Assembly: GCA_019058445.1 (NCBI GenBank)
Contig: JAHPZA010000004.1
Coordinates: 434,136-498,135 of the forward strand
Length of the DNA: 64,000 bases
From: Promethearchaeota archaeon
Lineage (GTDB): Archaea; Asgardarchaeota; Lokiarchaeia; Sigyniarchaeales; SOKP01
Direction of reading: 5' to 3'
The position numbers and the translations under genes were made by a program. Below, in pieces: positions 60,686 through 64,000 of the stretch (the stretch's first letter is position 1; each line of letters begins with the position of its first letter). The notes beneath the pieces are model-generated. The model saw nothing but the letters and a program-made list of their open reading frames with translations, did not search any database and had not been told where the DNA came from.

Positions 60686-62199
60686 AGCTATCGAACATTA
60701 AAGCGATTTCAATAAAAAATCTCAATCAAATGAAAAGAGATCCGAGAATGATCGCTTTATCAGTAATTGCACCTATAATTGTTACTGCATTGTTCGGGTC
60801 TGCTTTCGGAGGAGATTTAACTGATTTAAAAGTATATATTGTAAATGATGATAAGAATTTTAACAATATTTTCGCAAATGAAATTATTGACAATATGGAT
60901 AATAATCCCATATTTCAATATAATACAACTACTTCAGATCCAAATCTCGTGAAAGAAGCTGTATATAATAATTATTCTCAAGCAGCAATAATCTTTCCTA
61001 ACACATTTACTCAAAATTTGTTATTAGGGATAGGAAGTGAAGTTGAACTTTATGTGAGTTATTCAAATCTCAATGTCTCTAATTATATTGTTGCTGCTTT
61101 TCAGAGTAGTTTTGATTATGTAATGGGTACATATTTTGGAAATCCACAGGTAAAAATAGTTATTATACCTATTAATCAAGGAGTTTTAGGTTCACTTCCT
61201 CCTATTATTAATATTTCGTTAAGTAATCGAGATATGGGATGGGCAGCTTTAAATGACAAATTATCAGACACCGTCTATGATATATTAAAAGATGATAACA
61301 CAGTAAAACTAGTAAAAGTTAATTCAGTTTCAAAGTATGAGAATAAAGTGAAAAACGGAGAGGCTAAAGCTATTATCAAATTTTCAGAAGATTTTACTTA
61401 TAATGCTTTAATAAGTAAAGTAATTAAGGTAAAAATAAAATTAGATGGAGCAGAACCTCAATCTTCGGGTGCTATTTTGGCAGCTTTGGCAGATGCTTTA
61501 TCAGAGACTTTTGAGGATAGATTTGATAAAGCTGTTTTTGATATGAATGAATATTATTATAATAATCTAGATTCTAAGGATGATGCTGTTGATTCAATTA
61601 CTTATTCCACACCTCCGATTATTGGTTTTATTGTTTTCTTTTTTGCCTTTCTATTGACTATGTTGTCTTTTTTACGAGAAAGAAAACAAGGAACCATGGA
61701 AAGACTTTTAACCTCACCTATGAAACGTTCAGAAATTATCCTTGGGTACATATTATCATTCAGTATTATATCTATAATACAATCAACGGTTACTATTATG
61801 GTAGCTGTTCTCGTATTTAATGCACAAATAGAATTTACAATGATGACTTTGTTACAAGCCTATTTAATTATTTATCTACTTTTATTAACAGCTTTAGGAT
61901 TAGGGATCTTTTTATCCACTTTGGCAAAAACAGAGTTTCAGATAATTCAATTCATTCCATTAGTCATTCTACCTATTATGTTATTATCGGGTGTCTGGGC
62001 ACCAGTCGAATCATTACCAGATTTTTTACGTCCAATATCTGCAATAATTCCGTTAACTTATGCAAATCTAGCTTTAAGAGACCTTTTTCTTCGGGGAATA
62101 TCAATTTTTGAGCTTGCTATTCCAATGGCGATTTTAGCTGGTTCAGCACTGTTAATGATATCTCTTGGCATTCTAAAGTTTAATAAAACTCTTAAATGA
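60682..62199 (+). CDS. ABC-2 type transporter permease with duplicated extracellular domain
   Basis: RERKQGTMERLLTSP, LLSG...P...LP; probable CTG start at 60682 overlapping the ATPase stop, behind GAGGTG. Confidence 0.9.
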   Translation: MKLSNIKAISIKNLNQMKRDPRMIALSVIAPIIVTALFGSAFGGDLTDLKVYIVNDDKNFNNIFANEIIDNMDNNPIFQYNTTTSDPNLVKEAVYNNYSQAAIIFPNTFTQNLLLGIGSEVELYVSYSNLNVSNYIVAAFQSSFDYVMGTYFGNPQVKIVIIPINQGVLGSLPPIINISLSNRDMGWAALNDKLSDTVYDILKDDNTVKLVKVNSVSKYENKVKNGEAKAIIKFSEDFTYNALISKVIKVKIKLDGAEPQSSGAILAALADALSETFEDRFDKAVFDMNEYYYNNLDSKDDAVDSITYSTPPIIGFIVFFFAFLLTMLSFLRERKQGTMERLLTSPMKRSEIILGYILSFSIISIIQSTVTIMVAVLVFNAQIEFTMMTLLQAYLIIYLLLLTALGLGIFLSTLAKTEFQIIQFIPLVILPIMLLSGVWAPVESLPDFLRPISAIIPLTYANLALRDLFLRGISIFELAIPMAILAGSALLMISLGILKFNKTLK

Positions 62200-62254
62200 A
62201 TACTTTTTTTTTCTTTTTTATTTAATTTCATATTAAGAATTTACAGATAAGAGA

Positions 62255-64000
62255 TTAAAAATGATAATAATGAGAGATTAGATAATTCACTCTATCTTCA
62301 TCTATTTTAAATAACTGAATAAATAGTCTATCAATTATTTTCATAATTTCTTCCATTTTCTTACTTTTCAAGGCTGATTTAAGAACCTGAAATAATAGAA
62401 TGTGATTTGAATTTAAAAAGTATTGTAAATTAGCCATGCTGTTTAAAAATTCTCTATATTCCTTGAATTCTTCCGAGTCATTTATTTTAATTAGCAAAGA
62501 TGAGAGAAATTTTATTAATTCTATTATAGAATTATCTATCTCTGAATTGAATTTATTAATTAATGGAATAACCAATTCTTGTTCGAGTTTAGTCTTACTC
62601 CGTTTGATCTTTATATTTTTTGCTTTAAACAGAAATGCTGCTATTTTGGAATTAAGATAAGCGAGAATGAAATGATAATCTATATCCTTAACCATACTTT
62701 TTGGCCAGAGAAAATAAGTGTCTGAAGTTGCATAGTACGGTTTTTCAGTAAAGCCAAATAGATTTTCACTGGAGATATACTTAAAAAAAATTTTTTTATG
62801 ATGATCATAAAATGGTTCAAGATCGATTAATATATCCTTATTTTTTCGATCTAAGATATGAATATATGCACCTCTTCGTGGAAAATAAAAATCTTCGGGA
62901 TTTTCTTTAGCGTTAATTAATATTTCTCTTAATTCTTTCTCATATTGTCTTAAATATGCTGTTAATGTTGGATATTTTTTTTCAAATAACTTATTTGATT
63001 TATCATTGTCTTTTAAATTGCATTCACTTTTATTGAAGTAAATGATATATCCAGCAAAATCTTCCTGCTTATATCCATATGGTAAGATTGATTTACTTTT
63101 ATAGACTTTTTTTAACCTCCCTTTTTCATTTTCATTGAGCTTGAAAAAATTTTTATTGATTTTAATAAGAAAATCATTATTTTCTATTTTGAGATCAATC
63201 CCTTCATTTAAAATGAAATATTCATCTTTAATTAAAATTAAACCATTGCGAATTATAAAAAAGTCGTTTAAAAGACTAACTTTTCCGTTTAAAAAGCAAA
63301 ATTTTTCAATTTTTTCAACAACTTCTTTTACTTGTTCAGGATATATTAGATTCCAGCTTCCCTCTCTTTTTAAACTGTTATTAGTTAGTGCTGAATAATA
63401 TTTTTTTATGTTTATTGAATCTTTATTATGGATTAAATTTTCAAAAATTAACTGATTAAATGCATTATTGGATAGGTCTAAATTATTTCGTTTTCCAATC
63501 TGAATTATTTCTATTTTCTTATCAATTTTACCCTCTTTTTCTTTTTTTGTTTTTTTTTGAAATAAAAAAATGCAATTATGTTGCCCTGTGGCGTCTTTAA
63601 AAAGTGCTAAATTCGATAAATCAATATATTGAAGGATGTAGCATTCATCTAATATATGTGGTTTAAGTAATTTAATTCCAGTTTTCTTGGATTTTGTAAT
63701 CCAATAATTTGTGGTAATAAAAGATAAAAGACCACCCGGATTTAACTTCTCTATACCAAGGTGTATAAAATAATAAAATAAGTCCATATTACCCACGAAA
63801 TAATTTGCACATATTGGATATTTTTCCACATACTCGTGAAATACCTCAGAATTATAATTTTGACCTAAATAGGGGGGATTTCCAATGATTAAATCAAATT
63901 TTTCATTTAAATCTGATCCTAAGACGTTATCAAACCTAAAATGTACTTCGGGATATTTTTGTAAGAGAATATCTTTTAAATTTTTATCTATCTCGTATGC
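62255..64000 (-). CDS. N6-adenine DNA methyltransferase (Eco57I/TaqI-like, gamma class), 5' end beyond window
   Basis: Frame open to 64000: AYEID...FDLIIGNPPY; DLFYYFI, GGLLSFITTNYW; TaqI-C-like LAYLNS. Confidence 0.88.
   Translation of the reverse strand, partial: AYEIDKNLKDILLQKYPEVHFRFDNVLGSDLNEKFDLIIGNPPYLGQNYNSEVFHEYVEKYPICANYFVGNMDLFYYFIHLGIEKLNPGGLLSFITTNYWITKSKKTGIKLLKPHILDECYILQYIDLSNLALFKDATGQHNCIFLFQKKTKKEKEGKIDKKIEIIQIGKRNNLDLSNNAFNQLIFENLIHNKDSINIKKYYSALTNNSLKREGSWNLIYPEQVKEVVEKIEKFCFLNGKVSLLNDFFIIRNGLILIKDEYFILNEGIDLKIENNDFLIKINKNFFKLNENEKGRLKKVYKSKSILPYGYKQEDFAGYIIYFNKSECNLKDNDKSNKLFEKKYPTLTAYLRQYEKELREILINAKENPEDFYFPRRGAYIHILDRKNKDILIDLEPFYDHHKKIFFKYISSENLFGFTEKPYYATSDTYFLWPKSMVKDIDYHFILAYLNSKIAAFLFKAKNIKIKRSKTKLEQELVIPLINKFNSEIDNSIIELIKFLSSLLIKINDSEEFKEYREFLNSMANLQYFLNSNHILLFQVLKSALKSKKMEEIMKIIDRLFIQLFKIDEDRVNYLISHYYHF

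Overview
AT-rich, gene-dense archaeal chromosomal segment, most consistent with Asgard archaea (Lokiarchaeia). Supporting signs are a longin-like/TPR protein, Loki-type 7TM and C-terminal zinc-finger membrane proteins, an IPGY-TM sorting signal, archaeal Cdc48, TrmB, CdhD and archaemetzincin, and a tRNA with a BHB intron. In order, the window holds: (i) a LysR gene divergent from two tandem ADP-forming acyl-CoA synthetase alpha paralogs, DsrE, TusA, a double-cubane-type reductase, a FabK/NMO-like flavoenzyme, a ferredoxin and an acyl-CoA ligase; (ii) surface and membrane proteins, including a glycine-rich beta-helix protein; (iii) a stand-alone cdhD, leuCD, DAP-pathway lysine genes (dapF, lysA, dapA, dapB) and argG; (iv) a 6-PAS histidine kinase, a receiver protein and an ADP-ribosylglycohydrolase; (v) tRNA-Pro(TGG) with a non-canonical 25/26 intron; (vi) a TetR-associated cluster and a polyferredoxin; (vii) a longin-TPR gene divergent from a 1519-aa protein with BNR/Ig ectodomain, 7 TM helices and a double zinc ribbon; (viii) a heat-shock operon (hsp20-cdc48-ArsR/Phr-like-HEXXH), a core methionine synthase, TrmB with an ABC-2 exporter, and a truncated N6-adenine DNA methyltransferase. 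Signals missing from the ORF track: repeated ATT/ATA/CTG start codons behind good SD motifs, a 60-nt C/D box sRNA, and several palindromic operators. No CRISPR array, rRNA, transposase or integrase was seen. All functional calls come from motif recognition by eye; no searches were run.
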